Source: the human T2T-CHM13v2.0 reference genome, Homo sapiens
NCBI RefSeq assembly: GCF_009914755.1
Contig: NC_060934.1
Strand: one strand, 5' to 3'
DNA: 64,000 nucleotides
Below the pieces are notes generated by a model. It had not been told where the DNA came from. It ran no database searches and worked only from the letters and a program-made list of their open reading frames with translations. The position numbers were made by a program, and so were the translations under genes. This document shows, in pieces, positions 29,021-44,160 of the stretch (positions are counted from its first letter, which is position 1; each line of letters opens with the position of its first letter).

Positions 29021-30756
29021 TTTTTTTTTTAATGTTTGGGCATACCCCTTTTCTAGGTGCATAGTTGGCAGGTAAACGACCTGATGGAAGCACCTCGGTT
29101 TTCAGTGGTGTAGTCTTCTGCAATGTGTTACAGAACATGGGCGACACTAGCTCTTACTTGGAAGAGACAGGCTGCTTCTCAGGGTTTAAACATTCAGAGG
29201 AACCTGGTTATTTAAAATATTTGTGAGCATTCACCTACATGCCACTATCCCATGGGTTATGGTTCCAAACTTTCCCAACCACAGTCCTGACTTTGGCATA
29301 ACAAACCTCTCTTGATTGGACTTTTAACTTTCTTGAGTGGGTATGTCCCCAACCAGACTATTAGATATGAGTCCTTGTCCTGAAATTTCTCAGCCTTGCT
29401 TTTGCAGGGAAAAAAAAAAGAGCTTGTTGATAATATAAGTAAAACGCCATTAACTTTTACTTCTGGCTTACAATTATCTGTTTTTCACCCTCAGATAATC
29501 ATTAATTTTCTTTATCTTATCAGTTATACTTAGCAATAACCATCCAATTCTATTATCCTTATATCTACTATTTCCTCCATAGTCTTAAATACTTAATGTG
29601 TTCTACTTGCTTGTGCATTTCCTCCACCAGAACAGCTTCCCGGTTTACCACTGGTGAAAGCTTAACAGGTGAACCATCACCTGTGCTCCACCTACCACCA
29701 GTGAAGGAGTTCTCATTGCCAGCAAGAAAGTGTTTGATCCAGCTCCAAAATCTCATCTCATTACATGTATCTCAAACCACTGCATTTTTATTGCTGTCTG
29801 TAGCAATTTGGGCCATCCAGGAATTGAAAAAAAAAAAAAAGAAGAAGAAAGAAAGAAAAGCTGAGATGGTATCTGAAGTGTAAGATACTGGCTAGGGATT
29901 AACATCTCCGAAAGAAAAGAAAAGGAAGAGAAACAAAATTAGGTAGAGGAAAAAGCAGAAATGTGATGCAAGCCTGACAAAGCCTCAGCCAGCAAGGTGG
30001 AGACCTTTGGAGTGAAGATTTCCCGTCAAAGGATCCTGATTAACCAAGCCTCTATAACTCTGTCCTTCTTAGTGACCAAGTGCAGGCTTCCCTGGAACGG
30101 ATGATCAGGATTGTGGTGGCTCTTTGCCGCTGGTGCAGCCACTGGAAGAGCTGACAGCTGAAGGTTGTGTGTGGTCCCACTCCTAGCAGCTAGGAAGGAA
30201 GTTTTGCTTCAAAGCAAAATTCTCTTGCTTTGAAAACACACTCTCTATCACAAAGAGAAATCAATTTCCCATAGAGTAGACCTGAGTCTTTGAGAACAAA
30301 GATGGATACCACTCCTATCAACATAAAATATTATAAATGAGGTGCTTGTATTTTTCAAGATACTCATGATTTTGAGTGATTTTATTTTCTCAACAAGGAA
30401 ATTCAACATAAACACAGCTAAATTTACTTTTTACCATTAACGTTTGGCACATTTTTAGTTTTAAGTGTGTTTAATTACGAACTGTTTTTTTGTCACACCA
30501 TATGTTCCAGCTTTTGATTAGGAAAATATAATCCCTTAATCACATGACCTGTTTCAGTGGCCCTCTTATCAGGAGGCTTAAACAGATGTGGAGGTACTCT
30601 TTATCTAAAGTCAAAACATGAGCCAGAATTTACAGCCAAAATAGTTCCAATACTCCATAAACACCTTATGATAAAAACTCCAAGAATTCCTGATGATGAT
30701 GATGATAACTTACATTTATTTTATGTCAATTTTCTCAGCCCCATGCTGAACACTTT

Positions 30757-31112
30757 TTAAAAAAAAATTATGTTTAATTTTTGTGGGCACATAGTAGGTG
30801 TATACATTTATGGGGCACATAAGATGTTTTGATACAGACATGCAATGTGATATAATTGTTGCAGCACTGTTCACAATAGCTACTAAGCAACCTAAGTGTC
30901 TATCAACAGATGAACGGATAAAGAAAATGTGGTACATCTACCTGATGGAGTACTATTCAGCCATAAAAAAGAAATGTGATCCTGTCATTTGCCCATGGAT
31001 GAAACTGAAGATCATTATGTTAAGTGAAATATGCCAGCCACAGAAAGACAAACATCACGTGTTCTCACTTATTTGTGGGGTCTAAAAAATGAAAACAATT
31101 GAACTTATGAAT
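30757..31112 (-). mobile_element. 5'-inverted (twin-primed) L1MA insertion
   Basis: Minus-strand L1MA 3' terminus (30757-~30850) joined to a plus-strand upstream segment (~30851-31112). 14-bp TSD ATGCTGAACACTTT at 30743-30756 and 31113-31126. Confidence 0.85.
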
Positions 31113-31994
31113 ATGCTGAACACTTTGTATGCACTCTATCAAGCAATATTCATACAGACTTTGGAAGTGGGTATTGCTACCATTTTAAAAATCAGAGAAT
31201 TGGTTTGGAGAGGTTAAAGATCTTATCCAAATTAACACGGTTACTATGACTAAGCAGAGACTCTCCTACTGTTTACTCTGAACCCCTGCATAGTCATCTT
31301 CATACAATCTGACCAGGCTGTCAAAGGATAAGGTATGGAAGCCATAAATATATTATACTAACTTGGAACAAATGCCAGAGGAAAGGCACTTACTCTCTTC
31401 TATGGCTTATCCATAGAAGCCAAGCCCTCTGTGAACTACTCCTTAATAATCAATATGATTATCCCCAATATACAGGTATCACTACCTATTATTTTTACTG
31501 GAAATTCACTGTTTCACTAGAATGGTGAGCAGGATTATTTGATTACTTAAAGGGCATTTAGTCATTCACAAAAAAATCCATTCCAAAATGTAAAATGTTC
31601 TCATGTAAGCTAAATGTATAACTTGTTGTTAGACCCCTTAATATCTGTACAGTTCAGAGCCAGGCAAAATTTTCTGATGTGCCAGGCACCCTCATTTCCA
31701 TTAATGTATTAAATTCTCACAAAAGAATACTTTTTCTTTTTTCACAGATAAGGAAACACTACCTAAAAGAGAGTGCTGAGGGTCTCAAAGACAGATGAGA
31801 GAACTGGTGTTTCCCCTCAGCCTTCCTAACTCCATGCCCACAAATATTTCCTGCCCATGACTGGCCTTCCCCTGGGTATGTTACAAGTTTAGTTGCTGTG
31901 GGGATAATGAACTAGTTTCAAATATTGGTTTTTATCAAACAGCATCTGGGTGATCTTAGGAAGGTTAACTAATCTCTGCAAACCTCAATGATCT

Positions 31995-31997
<3 letters not shown>

Positions 31998-32033
<36 letters not shown>
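31998..32033. repeat. (AT)n microsatellite
   Basis: About 18 perfect AT units inside a MIR-like segment. Confidence 0.95.
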
Positions 32034-32037
<4 letters not shown>

Positions 32038-35000
32038 CTTATAATAATATCCACTTTATAGGATTACTATAAAATTTAACACAATAATGTATGCTAAGTA
32101 GTTTGCACAATGCCTCAAAGTAAATGCTCAACAAGTAACTATTATTATTCTTTCTTTGGCTGAAGATGATTTTAAACCTCGAAGCATACTATATTAAAAG
32201 CTGACACTTAGAAATTTCCAGAGAACTAAGCCATTCGGCCTTGTGAGGTGAATGTCAGATGTCATGGATGGGTGTAGGTAATAGATGGAAAGAAATGTTG
32301 CCAGTAGAAACAGGGCTGACTGCAACTGTGTTCTTACTCTCTGAAATACACTCAAATCCCGAAGGATTAACTGCCCCTCATCATCAATACCCTAGCATAT
32401 CATGTTTTTCTTTTTCCTCCAAGAGTCACACTTCACTCGGACTTGACATGGCTTCTTTTGAAACTCTGAGGAAAGAGTTTCAGCTCTTTCACAAAGAAAT
32501 CTGAATGGAGAAATTGTAGCAAATTGTAGTAAATTTATTAATAGCATCTTCCCCAGATTGAATACTACCTTAACATCTCGGAGCTTTCTTCACTTGTGGT
32601 CAGGAAAGTAACATCTTATCTAAGCTATAAATAGCCAATTTGCATGGTTACTGAGGGCAAGAATTAAACTGTAATTTCTCATTTATTTCCAAGAAGGGAC
32701 ATCATCAATGCTCCAATCAAAACAAGCCCATGCTGGTTCAGGGTATAAGTCCCTTCAAGGCAAAAATACTCCTAATGCAGAACCTGTGACACGTAGTTGA
32801 AGAAAAAATTGTAAAATTATTCAAGAAAATTGTTTGGAGGCAAAACTTATCACTTCTAGACACAGGCAAAGGCAAATGAATTGCTCTAGATTTCCCAAAG
32901 AAATGATGTGTGGTTTGCAAAAAGTTCCAGGAGGAAAGTTCCCTAGATACATATGCTAACATTCCTATTTGGTCTTTCCTGGGGCTGGAGGTGAGATTGC
33001 TGGACAATAATAAATTAACTCATGCAAAGCCCTTTTCTTACTTGTGAGTCCTGGTGCCCATAAATAGTTAGATGAAATCAACTCACTGACAGCTTTACAT
33101 GGGTCTTGAAAAATTGGATATTGCAAAAGCCAGCTTCTGTATCCCTCACAGTTCTTTCTTTTCCAAGAACAATATTGCCTGGAACAAGAGAACTAGAAGG
33201 AAAATGATTTGAAATATTTTTTATATGAGAAGCTCAGGAAGATTTATAAGCACATACCTGACCTTCTCCAAGAAACATTTTGATTTAATCTCTTTTGTAC
33301 TCTGCTTTTTCAGGAAAAGGCTTCTTTGAAATTTTCTCAGGATAGGTGGAATATAACTCATGAATAAAATTTGTCTGGCTCACAGGCTACTGCTGAGCTC
33401 TGAGCTGCTTCAAGAGAAAATAATTTAATTCCTTCCTCCTAAGAGTGAGAGTTAAACTTCTCCATCCTTATGTTATCAAGGACACCATTCAATATAGCAT
33501 CAAATCTCAAACTCTGTTTCTTCCAGAAAACCCTCACATACAACAACAGTCTTGTCTTGCTCTCTGGTGTCCTCCTTCTCTCTTTCTTGCTCTTTCTCTC
33601 TCTCTCCCCACCCCTATATTAGTTATGTTGCACACCTTTCAGTAATTTGAATGCACCAAACATGTTTTTACCTCAGTTTGTATTATGCATAAGGTATTCC
33701 TTATTCCTAGAAAGTTATTCTTAACTCTTCTTTCAAAACCACACTTTCCCCCTTTACCAAACAGGTTCCTTCATATCCTTGACACTGACATCATTACTTC
33801 TGAGGGAACATCCCTTCCATGATCCTAAAGTAAATTGGATCCTTGTATTATTTTTCTCTAGGACTTTATACTTTTGCTTTGTAACGATTGCATAATTGTT
33901 CACTGCATGTATCTTCTTTGCTTACTGTCTGTCTCTTGACAAACTAGAACTTCCAAAGGTCAGGGACTAGATGTGTTTTTTGCATTAGTATGTCTGCTGC
34001 ACCTAGCACTGAGCACAGAGTAATGTGACTATTTCATTAACATTTCTTGAAGTAATACTTTAACAGGCTTCCTACTCTATATTCTATAGCACTTACTTCT
34101 GAGTGCCTCTTTTTATACTAGTGGTATACACCTTAAATCATTAGCTGCCATGGCATGTTTTTCTTTATAGACGTTAGTAACTTGAGAGATGATTCTGTCT
34201 TTTTCACCCTTTCTGTGACTATGTTTTGTATAGAAGAGAAACAATCAATAATTATTGGTTCAAGTGCTACTCCAGAGTCAAGCTTCTAATATCTAATAGA
34301 GTGAGTTTAAAAAGCAAATTCAAAAGGAAGGAAAAATTTGCAGATAATAAATTTCCAAGGGCTTATTGTGTTTGCATAGATAACATCTGTTAGGAAACAA
34401 ACCATCTGCGGGTCCCAGCCTCCTAAATATGTTAGCTTTTGAAATGCCAAAATTGATATCTATTTTACCTTCTGCTTAAGTTCTAAAGCTTATGGACTTC
34501 CATAAGTCTTAGGCCAGGAGGTAGCACAGGTAGGTCAAACTTTGCCCTGGCCTTGTTATTAATTACTTGAATAAACTTGGAGAAACCAAAAACAACTTTA
34601 GGCTTCTTTATTCTAAATATAGTATAACATTATTAAAATAAAAGAATATTTTGGAGTAATCTGTTCCTGCCTCCTAATCTTAGGAAAGAAAATGGATCCC
34701 TGACTCAACTTTTGATTGAATACTCTTAGTGGCAAAGAGCTCACTATTGTGTGAGCCATCGTCTTCCATTATGGTTGAATCTTGCTATTAAAAATTTTCT
34801 TTATATTGAACCAAATCTGTATCTGATCAGTTTTAAACAGACTTCTCCTAGCATATCCTTTAAGTAGGCTCAAAGATACCTTCCTAGCCCTATAGTTTCA
34901 GGAATGTGGAAGAAAAATGACTTTCTTTCTTCTACATCTCCCCATCTTATTTCTTTACCTTCAGAAAGCACACAAACAAAAAGAGTGTGTGTCTCAAAAG

Positions 35001-35345
35001 AAAGATATAAACCAACACTAGGCTAACTTAAGGTAGCATTTAGTAATACAAAACAAAGTGGAGGAATAGGTAGAGGCCTTATATAGTAGCACAGGTGAGA
35101 TGCTAAATTTAGAGTGTCCACACAAGCATTCTGCTTTTTTTAATAGTTCACATAATGATAAAAACTGTGGTTCCTGGAGTATGACTATCTTGGTTTACAA
35201 CCCACCTTCATACCAAATAATGTGTGTTATTGAAAATTTGCTTAAGAATTCTGAACTTTGATTTCATCACCTGGAAAACAAAACTAATAATAGGGTTTGC
35301 CACCAAGATTGTTTTTAGGATTGATTATGACAATAAAGTTCTTAG

Positions 35346-35849
<504 letters not shown>

Positions 35850-35904
35850 CTAGTTCAAGTGTGCCAGGAGAGTTAAGGATCTAGGTGCATCACCAAACAG
35901 AGAA

Positions 35905-36453
35905 TGTGCAGGAAAGCATTTGTTCAAAAGACTGTTCTTAAATCTTGCATATTTCCAAGTCCTGCTTTCAGGATTGGCTCCTAGCAACTGAGTTCTGGGC
36001 ACTATGAGTGTTCTGGCTGATGAGTGTTTTTATATGTCTGAGGCCTTGAGTCGCCCCATAGAGTTTTAACAGATAGTTTATGCTAACAATGTGATTTATG
36101 GTAAATGCATGGATTTTGCTTTGGGAACTGAGGTCAGTCACACAGTATTGCATGCTTCCATTAAAAACTCTGGACACCAAGGATCAGGTAGTCTACTGTG
36201 ATCTGTTATACTTTGCATTTGCTGTCACACACTGTTGCTGGAAGGACCTAGTTTTTCCCAGATGATTCCACTGGGAGGGGACACCTGAAAGCTTGCACCT
36301 GGTTTATTCCAGACTTGGCCCACCTTTTATTTTGATTTTGATATGTATCCTTTCATTGTAATAAACCATAACTGTGAGTATAACAGTTTCTGATTTCTTT
36401 GAGTCATTCTTCTGAATCATCAAATCTGAAGGTGGGCTTGGGGATCTCAACAC
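35905..36453 (+). mobile_element. MER21-like LTR
   Basis: 3' end aataaaccataactgtgagtataacag...ttggggatctcaacaca. 5' boundary approximate. Confidence 0.7.
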
Positions 36454-36866
36454 AGAACAGATGAGCTCTAACTCCAATAACCAGATGCTCCATGAATTCT
36501 GTTAATTCTAATAAAATAGCAACATTGTTTTCTAACACTTTTTGAAACTCCAGTGTTACATAAATTTAAGGAAATATCAACTGACTATATTGAAATATTG
36601 TTATTATTGATGTGTTATTGCTGTTTTTATCATTTTTGCTAGAAATAGCTGGAGATGCCCCTTCCAGAATTTTAACTGTATATAGGCTCATTAAGGTATA
36701 ATGAAATCCTACAGATAGATGACTACTTTACATAAATCTTCCTACATCCTATGCCTATAGGCCAGATAACAGTAAGGTTTTTTGTTTGTTTGTTTCTTAA
36801 TGGACTGCTCCACTATCTATCCCACTAGTATTGAGGTAACGTAGAATCATGTAAGACAGAATTCTT

Positions 36867-37299
36867 TTTTAACAATTTTTAATCATTTCAACTTTATTTT
36901 AGATTCAGTGGGTACGTGTGCAGGCTTGTTACATGGGTATATTGCATGATGCTGAGGATTGGGGTACAACTGATCCCATCATCCAGGTGGTGAGCATAGT
37001 TAGCTTTTCAACTCTTGCCTCCTTCCCCCCCCTCCTCCCTCTGGTAGTCCCCAGTTTCTATTGTTTCCACCTTTATGCCCACGAGGACCAAGTGATTAGC
37101 CCCTGATTATAAGTGAGAACATGTGGTATTTGGTTTTCTGTTCCTGTATTAATTCACTTAGGACAATGACTTACAGCTGCATCCCTGTTACTGCAAAGAA
37201 CATAATTTCATTCTTTTTTAAGGTGGTGTAGTATTCCACTGTGTATATTACCATATTTTCTTTATCCATTCCACCATCGTTGGGCACCTAGGTTGATTC
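36867..37299 (-). mobile_element. 5'-truncated old L1PA/L1PB 3' end
   Basis: L1 3'UTR in reverse. Flanking direct repeat CATGTAAGACAGAATTCTT at 36848-36866 and 37300-37318. Confidence 0.88.
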
Positions 37300-38299
37300 C
37301 ATGTAAGACAGAATTCTTATTTTCCTTTCCCAAAATGTTTGTATTCAGAAATATTCAGAAATTATTGAAATTCTTCACTATGTTTTTATTTTTATACTAA
37401 TTACAGCTTCTTGACTTAGTACTGTGTGCTACATTAAGACATCTTTGCTGCCTTCCAGTTTCAATTCTTGCCCAGAGTTCTGACTTGTCCATGCTGAAGA
37501 ATGCAGATCTCCAAATTTCCCAAATGACATGGGGGCTGTGTAAGCCAAAGAAACAAAGCAATTTCAATGCCTGATATTTCCCTTACCCTAGAGAGACTCC
37601 CTTAGGATAGGGAAACATGGTCTCTTTTATCTGAACTAGGGCTTTATGAAAACTGATATTTCAACCTGAGCTTTTGTGATATAAAAACTTTTTAACAGCA
37701 AAGTGTGTATAATTATATTGCAAAATGTTTTCTAATACTCAGACTTTAAAATGTTTACCACAAACATGATCTCACTTCAATATTCTCCATTCTTCTTAAT
37801 GTGTCACCATCTACACTGTCTATTAGATTTGAAGGCCTGCACTAATTTTAAAATTCCTATCCACCCAGCCCCCATCATATACAGTCTACTCTAATTACTG
37901 AGTTCAGTTAGTCGTTCAACAAATATTTTATTTTTAATCAAATCTGGTCTAGTAAACAGGTAATAATTTAGTTAATAGTAATATATTTGTGCACAAAGTA
38001 AATACATAGTTTCTGACCTCAAGAATCTAGGGGTAAGTGAGAAGTCCAGCATTAAATAATTATAAAAATCATACCACAGTGATAATATAAATGAAGAAAA
38101 CATAACAGGGATGAATGGCCTAGTATTACAAAGGACTGCAATTCAGAACAGGAGATCAGAAAGTTTTCTCAATTGACTTCCAGCATCACATTGTGAAGAG
38201 CTTTGCTGATCTACTGATCTATTGACCAATAAAATTGGTGAAAATTATTTAACACAAGCTTTTATTTTTGGAAATTCTATGAAATGCTACTGAGGGCAA

Positions 38300-41280
38300 A
38301 GAGGAAATTAAAAAAAACTCTCCAAGAAAAATCTATTTAAAAAATGATAAGAAAGGCAAGACTCTATGGTGTTTGAATGAAAGTTACTCCCTCCCCAGTC
38401 CCCACTCCCAGTTTAGCAAGGCAGAGAATTCACTTCAGACTGCTACAGCTATAATCAAAGAACTCCCTCTCTCCTCAGCTTCAAGTCAGAGGGTTTTCTC
38501 CTAGGCAGAGCAAGATTTTCATCTTTTCTCACCCTGTCCTCAACTACTGGTTTCTAAGGCTGAGTCCTGGGCAAGTACATTTGAGAGGTGAGACCTCTAG
38601 TCTTGTTTCCAGCCTCAGAATTGGAAGGGAAATTTTATCTTGAGCATGGCAATATGAGAACACAGGCGCTCCTATGAACCCTGCAACTCTCCTTGCCCAG
38701 CTTGTGAGGCAGCGGTTTCTTGCCAGGAGAGGTAAACTGAAATGACTTTCCACTATTTCGATTTTTTCCACTGAGTGCTGAACTCCTAGAGCAGGGGTGG
38801 CATTTAGAAGAAGCTTACCATTGTCCCACCCCCTGCTCCAGAGCTCTGGCTAAAAATGTTTTCCTGAGAAACATGAGTGAATGATAAAACAGATAGCTTC
38901 TAATCTCTTCACAAAGAAACTGGCTTCATTTGCAAAAGAGATGGGAAAAATTTAAACCTAAAAGTGCTGCCAAAAATAAGGGGTTGCAATGAAAAACAAC
39001 TAGAAGATTTGTGGATTTGATAAAGGTACAGCTTAGATGGCAGACCAGCTGGTTTGCAAGAGAGACTTTGAGAATATGACAGCTGGGCGGAGGTCCTCTG
39101 AAGCTACAACAAATACCTACCATGGACTTCATAAACTATTTATTCAAAGAAGCTGCAATTTGATGAGTTTGTATAGCAATTTATGCCCCAGGTCACGGTT
39201 GAAACAGTATAACAGTCAATTGGAAATTGGTAGAGTTTAAAATCTGGTGTTTTTAGAAAAAGAGAAAGATAGTCCTACATATGCCACTGTCATCCTGGGA
39301 TGACTGTGGGCATATCTGAAGCTGTGCCTCCCTTAGGAGAAACAACAAAATCTTAACACTGTTGAGGGGAAAATAAAATTCACTAAAATAATCAGCCAGT
39401 CACTAACAAATGAAAAAACAAATGATAAACTTTAGGCATGAGAATAAAAAGGAGGTGATGGGATGCCATTACTCAGAGTTGCTACAATATATTTTAAAAG
39501 TCTAGCTTCCAACAACAAATTATCAGGCATGCAAAGAAACAGGAAAGTACAATCTATGCTGAAAAAGAAGCATACAGAACAAACTGCCTGTTAGAGCAAC
39601 CAGATGTCGGATTTCACAAATAGTGAGTTAAAAATATCCATTATAAATATGTTCACAGAACTAAAGGGAAGCATGCTTAAATAAGTAAGAAAATGTATGG
39701 TGATAACGTGGCCTCAAATACAGAACATCAATAAAGAGATACTGCCCCCAAAATCAAATGGAATTTCCAAAGGTTAAAAGTTACGGAAATTAAAAAAATT
39801 AAAAAGGCATACCAATAGACTTAAAATGGCAGAAACAAAATAGTAAAGTTGAAGACAGATTGATAAAAATTATACAAGCCAAGAACAGAGAGATAGAACC
39901 TCAGAGAAATGTGGGACACCATCAACAGAACCAACACTTGTGATGAAGTGTGAAAAGGAGAGGAAAGAGAGAAAGGAAAATGTTTGAAAATAATTACAAA
40001 AATAAGTAATAACAGGAAAGTACCCAAATTTATTGATAAGGACAAGTATACATCTAAGAAGCTTGAGGGGCTCGAGATAGAATAAACACAAAGAGATCCA
40101 GAAACAGACATATCATAGTAAAAATGCCAAAAGTAAAAAACAAGGAGAAATTCTTGAAAGCAACAAGTGAAAAAGGATTCACTGTGTGCAAGAGAAGCCC
40201 AATAAGATTGACAGCTGACTTCTCATTAGAAACAATGGAGGTCAGATGCAGTTGAATAACATACAGTCAATTTTTGTTGTACATGGTATTTATGCTCTAT
40301 GAAGTAATCGTGAACACTGAATTAACACATATACTATTGATCATAGAGGAAATATAACTTTAGTTTTTTATAAGTCTCTGATCACAACATTTTTGTCACC
40401 AAGTGCAACTTGCATTATTTATTTTAAAATATTTTTCTGCAGCCTTCCAATAGTAAATTTGGCAAATAACTCTTAAATATGACACCAAAAGCACAAGAAA
40501 CAAAATAAAAAGAAAAATGGATTTCATTAAATAATTTTTTAAGTGTTCTTCAAAGGATATCATCAAGAAAGTGAAAGCACAGCACAGAAGATGGAGAAAA
40601 CATTTGCAAATTATAGATCTAAAAAGAGACTTGTAGCCAGAATACATAAAGAAGTATTACAATTGCATGATAAAAAGAAAACTCAACTACTACATGGTCA
40701 AAGGATCTCAACAGACATTTCTGTAATGAAGATACACAAATGACCAATTTCACTTCTGGGCATGTATTTGAGAACAGTGTAAACACATGTACACATAAAA
40801 ACTTGTGCAAGAATGTTTACAGCAGTATTATTCATAATAGCCAAAAGATAGAAAGATCTCAAGTATCCATCAATAGACAGACAAATAAAATATGGTATAT
40901 CAATACAAGGGGCTATTAGCCATAAAAAAGAATGAAGTACTGATACATTCCACACCATAAATGAACCTTGAAAACATTATGGTAAGTAAAAGAAACTGGC
41001 CACAAAGTGCATGTATTATTTGACTCTATTGAGATGGCAGTCCAGAATAGGGAAATCTATACTGACAGAAAGTAGAATGGCAGTTGCTTAGAAAAAGGAG
41101 TGCAGGTAGGAGATAGGGGAGTTCATATCTAAAGGATACAGGATTTCTTTTTGAGATGATGAAAATGTACAATTGAATATGATGATTGCATGTGAATATA
41201 CTAAAAATTATTGAATCGAATATGTCATATAGGTGAATTACATCTTACGTGAGCTATATGTCAATAAAAATATGTTTAAC
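38300..41280 (+). mobile_element. Old L1M/L1MB remnant (5' region, ORF1, 3' end) with a Tigger-type fragment near 40264-40430
   Basis: ORF1-like aataagattgacagctgacttctcattagaaacaatggagg. L1MB-type 3' end at 40450-41280. cagtcaatttttgtt...gaacactgaatta resembles MER6/Tigger. Confidence 0.65.
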
Positions 41281-42612
41281 AAAAGAACAAAAGACATCTC
41301 TAAGAAAGAGATCTGGATGCTAAGACTTCAACAGTGTGTTTTGGCGGGCTATGAAGAGATGGGGAAGAACATCCAGGAAGGGAAACCACCAATGCAAAGG
41401 CCCTGAGGTCTGAAAAAACTGATTACACTGGTAGAACTGGATAAAAGCTAGTATTGATAGACTGTGGTAAAGGGAGTGAAGTGGAAGAAAATGAGAAAAA
41501 TAGACATGTATTTGAAACAAAAATGGCAAGAATTTGCTGGCCACATGGATTTTAGGCTCATTTGTAAGTCGTGTGAATAAAATTAAAATGCTCTAAGCAG
41601 GAAAGATACATAATCTGATAGGACTTGTAAAAAATATATGGGTTGGGTTTGTAGAGAACAACATTGTGGGGTTGAATGGATGTAGGCAGATGAGTATGAA
41701 ATCTCTAGGAAATTGGTCTTTTGGTCCTTTGAAATGTATTAGATGTACAAGATTTTCAACATCTTGTGTTTCACGGTTGGTGAGAGAGAACTCCTCACTG
41801 CCAATAGACACAGGGGAAATAGGACTGATGCAAAATTTAAGGAGACACTCCCTATCAGAGTCGTGGGAGTGTAGGGTGAACACTGGCAAGACTCTGAGAA
41901 TGACTGCCTGTTTAAATTCTAACATTTTAAGCCCTAGTCACCTCACTTATAATGCCCTGATCTCATCTCTGATGGGAAGCTTAGTAGTTTGATCATGAGG
42001 AAAATTTGATGCCTACCAAATATGTGAACAGACACAAATTCATGTTATCTACTTCATAGTGTGATACTGCTATATGGATATTATGAGATGACAACCATGT
42101 ATCTCCTATCAAAAAAAGGTCAAGGGGTTTAAGAAGCACTCAAAGTTCTTTACAAGATACCTTAAAAAAAAGGGTTATGTGGCTTCCCTGGCTTAAGAAA
42201 AAAATAAAGTAGGTTTTGAAACAGACTTTCATAAAATCCACTCCCTTATTTGAGACATAAATATATTTACCACTTGACTGAATCTACTTCTCCAGCCTCA
42301 TTTTCTTATAATGTAATATTTCATAAGCATCCAAGCTTCAGGCAAGCTATAATTTTCACCCTTCTAAGAGTGTGTATTATTGCCTTTGTATAACTCCATG
42401 TCTTTCTAAACCTACTGCCCTTTTGCTATATAATATCTATTTCTCTTTGTCCATCCAGCAAATTCCAACTCATCCTTCAATACTTTGACAATGTGATCTC
42501 CTTGATAAAGCTTTACTCCATACCCCTGAGGAGAATTAATTGTCACCTTTAACTACACCCCTTAACAATGGTTTCTATTAATGAATTTACTTAATGTGCT
42601 ATGGATCATTTT

Positions 42613-42668
42613 GTATGTTATGTTGTGTTATGTTATACTATGTTATTGAATGTTATGTTATGTTATGA
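42613..42668. repeat. Imperfect (TGTTA)n pentanucleotide repeat
   Basis: tgtatgttatgttgtgttatgtta...atgttatgttatgttatg. Confidence 0.8.
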
Positions 42669-43582
42669 TATTCTGTCTATATGACTCCATGAAACTACAG
42701 CATTTTGAAGGCAGAAGAGATATGCTGTTTTCTGTTTAATTTTTGTAACCCTGGAAAACAGAGATACTTATCAAACACTGTTTACAGCCATATTTGTTTA
42801 TTAAGTCACAAGCCTTTGTGAGTTTTTATATAAGGTAGCTGTTGTATTTGACTTTAAAAATGGTAATTAAGAAGTTTAGAAGAAACTACTAGTAGAAAAA
42901 ATGATTTTGATTCAGAAGCTATTATTGTAAACTGTTACCTGTAGATCATTGCATCCTTATCTTTAAAATGAAGACATTAAGAAACTCTTTCTCAGGAAAT
43001 TTTATTAAGGCACGTATTTAATGACAGGCACTGGATGGTAAAACATTATTGGGATGAGAGTTGCTATATTAGATTAGGTATTTTGTTTTCACAGATGTTC
43101 TCATTTAATTTGGGAGAACTACAATCTATATATATTCTGGTAAAACATACTAATATTTATAAAATGATAAATACACAAGGCAATTGAGGTTGTTACCTAA
43201 TGGTACCATTAGTTACTATGTAATGAGAAGGACAGAAATAATAACTATGACTTGAGGTACTAATGGAATCTATATTGAAGAGGTGTGACATGAAGAAGAG
43301 GTGGGACTTAAATGCAGAGGAAAGAGCTGCTTGTGCTTTCCCATGGGGCTCCCGAATGCTGTATTACCAATGGACCTGGCATACAGACTGAAAATTGGTC
43401 CAATTTGTGTGGAACAAGAGAAGGACTGCCTAAGGTGAGAAAAGAAAACAGCTACTTATCCAGAAAATGAGAGTTGATTAATGTTATTATGGAATAAGAA
43501 ATGCAGTTAGAGAGTGGTTTGAATGAGAATACCAAGAACTAGTAGCTAGATGCCAAACGCAGCCAAGCTTTCCCAAGAGTTC

Positions 43583-44160
43583 TGTCAATCAAGAAAAATG
43601 ACCCAGGCAAGCCTCAATCATTTTAGGAGGTTTATTTGCCAAACTTAAGGACACACACCTGGGAGACCTTTCCTGAAGATGGTTTTGAGGGCTTCAGTAT
43701 TCACAGGGGAAAGGGCAGGATATTGAGAAATATTCAATTTTCATGTGAGAGCAGGGGTAGGGGAATAGAGTCATTCATGCCTTTGTCTGGCTCAGTGAAT
43801 CTGCATTTTTACAAAAGATTACATAGACAATAAGGCAGAGGCAACAATCAGATATGCATTTGTCTCAGGTGGTCAGAGGATGACTTTGAGTTCTGCCCTA
43901 TGTCCCTGCACCTATGAAGATAAGCTATGAATTTACATTGCCATGGTGAACTTTAACAGAAATGCTTTAGGGCGAAGATCTTGGGGTCCACAAGGAATTT
44001 CTTTGTGGGCAAAATGTGAGAGAGGTATGTAGCTTTTCATCTTTGTAGCTATCTAATTTAGGACACAAAATGGGAGGCAAGTTTTCATGACCCAGTTCCG
44101 AGCTTGACTTTCCCTTTGGCTTAGTGAATTTGAGGTTCCAAGATTTATTTTCCTTTTACA
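43583..44160 (-). mobile_element. MER4-family solo LTR
   Basis: Minus strand starts TGTAAAAGGAAAATAAATCTTGGAACCTCAAATTCACTAAGCC. Perfect TSD GTTC (43579-43582, 44161-44164). Confidence 0.88.
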
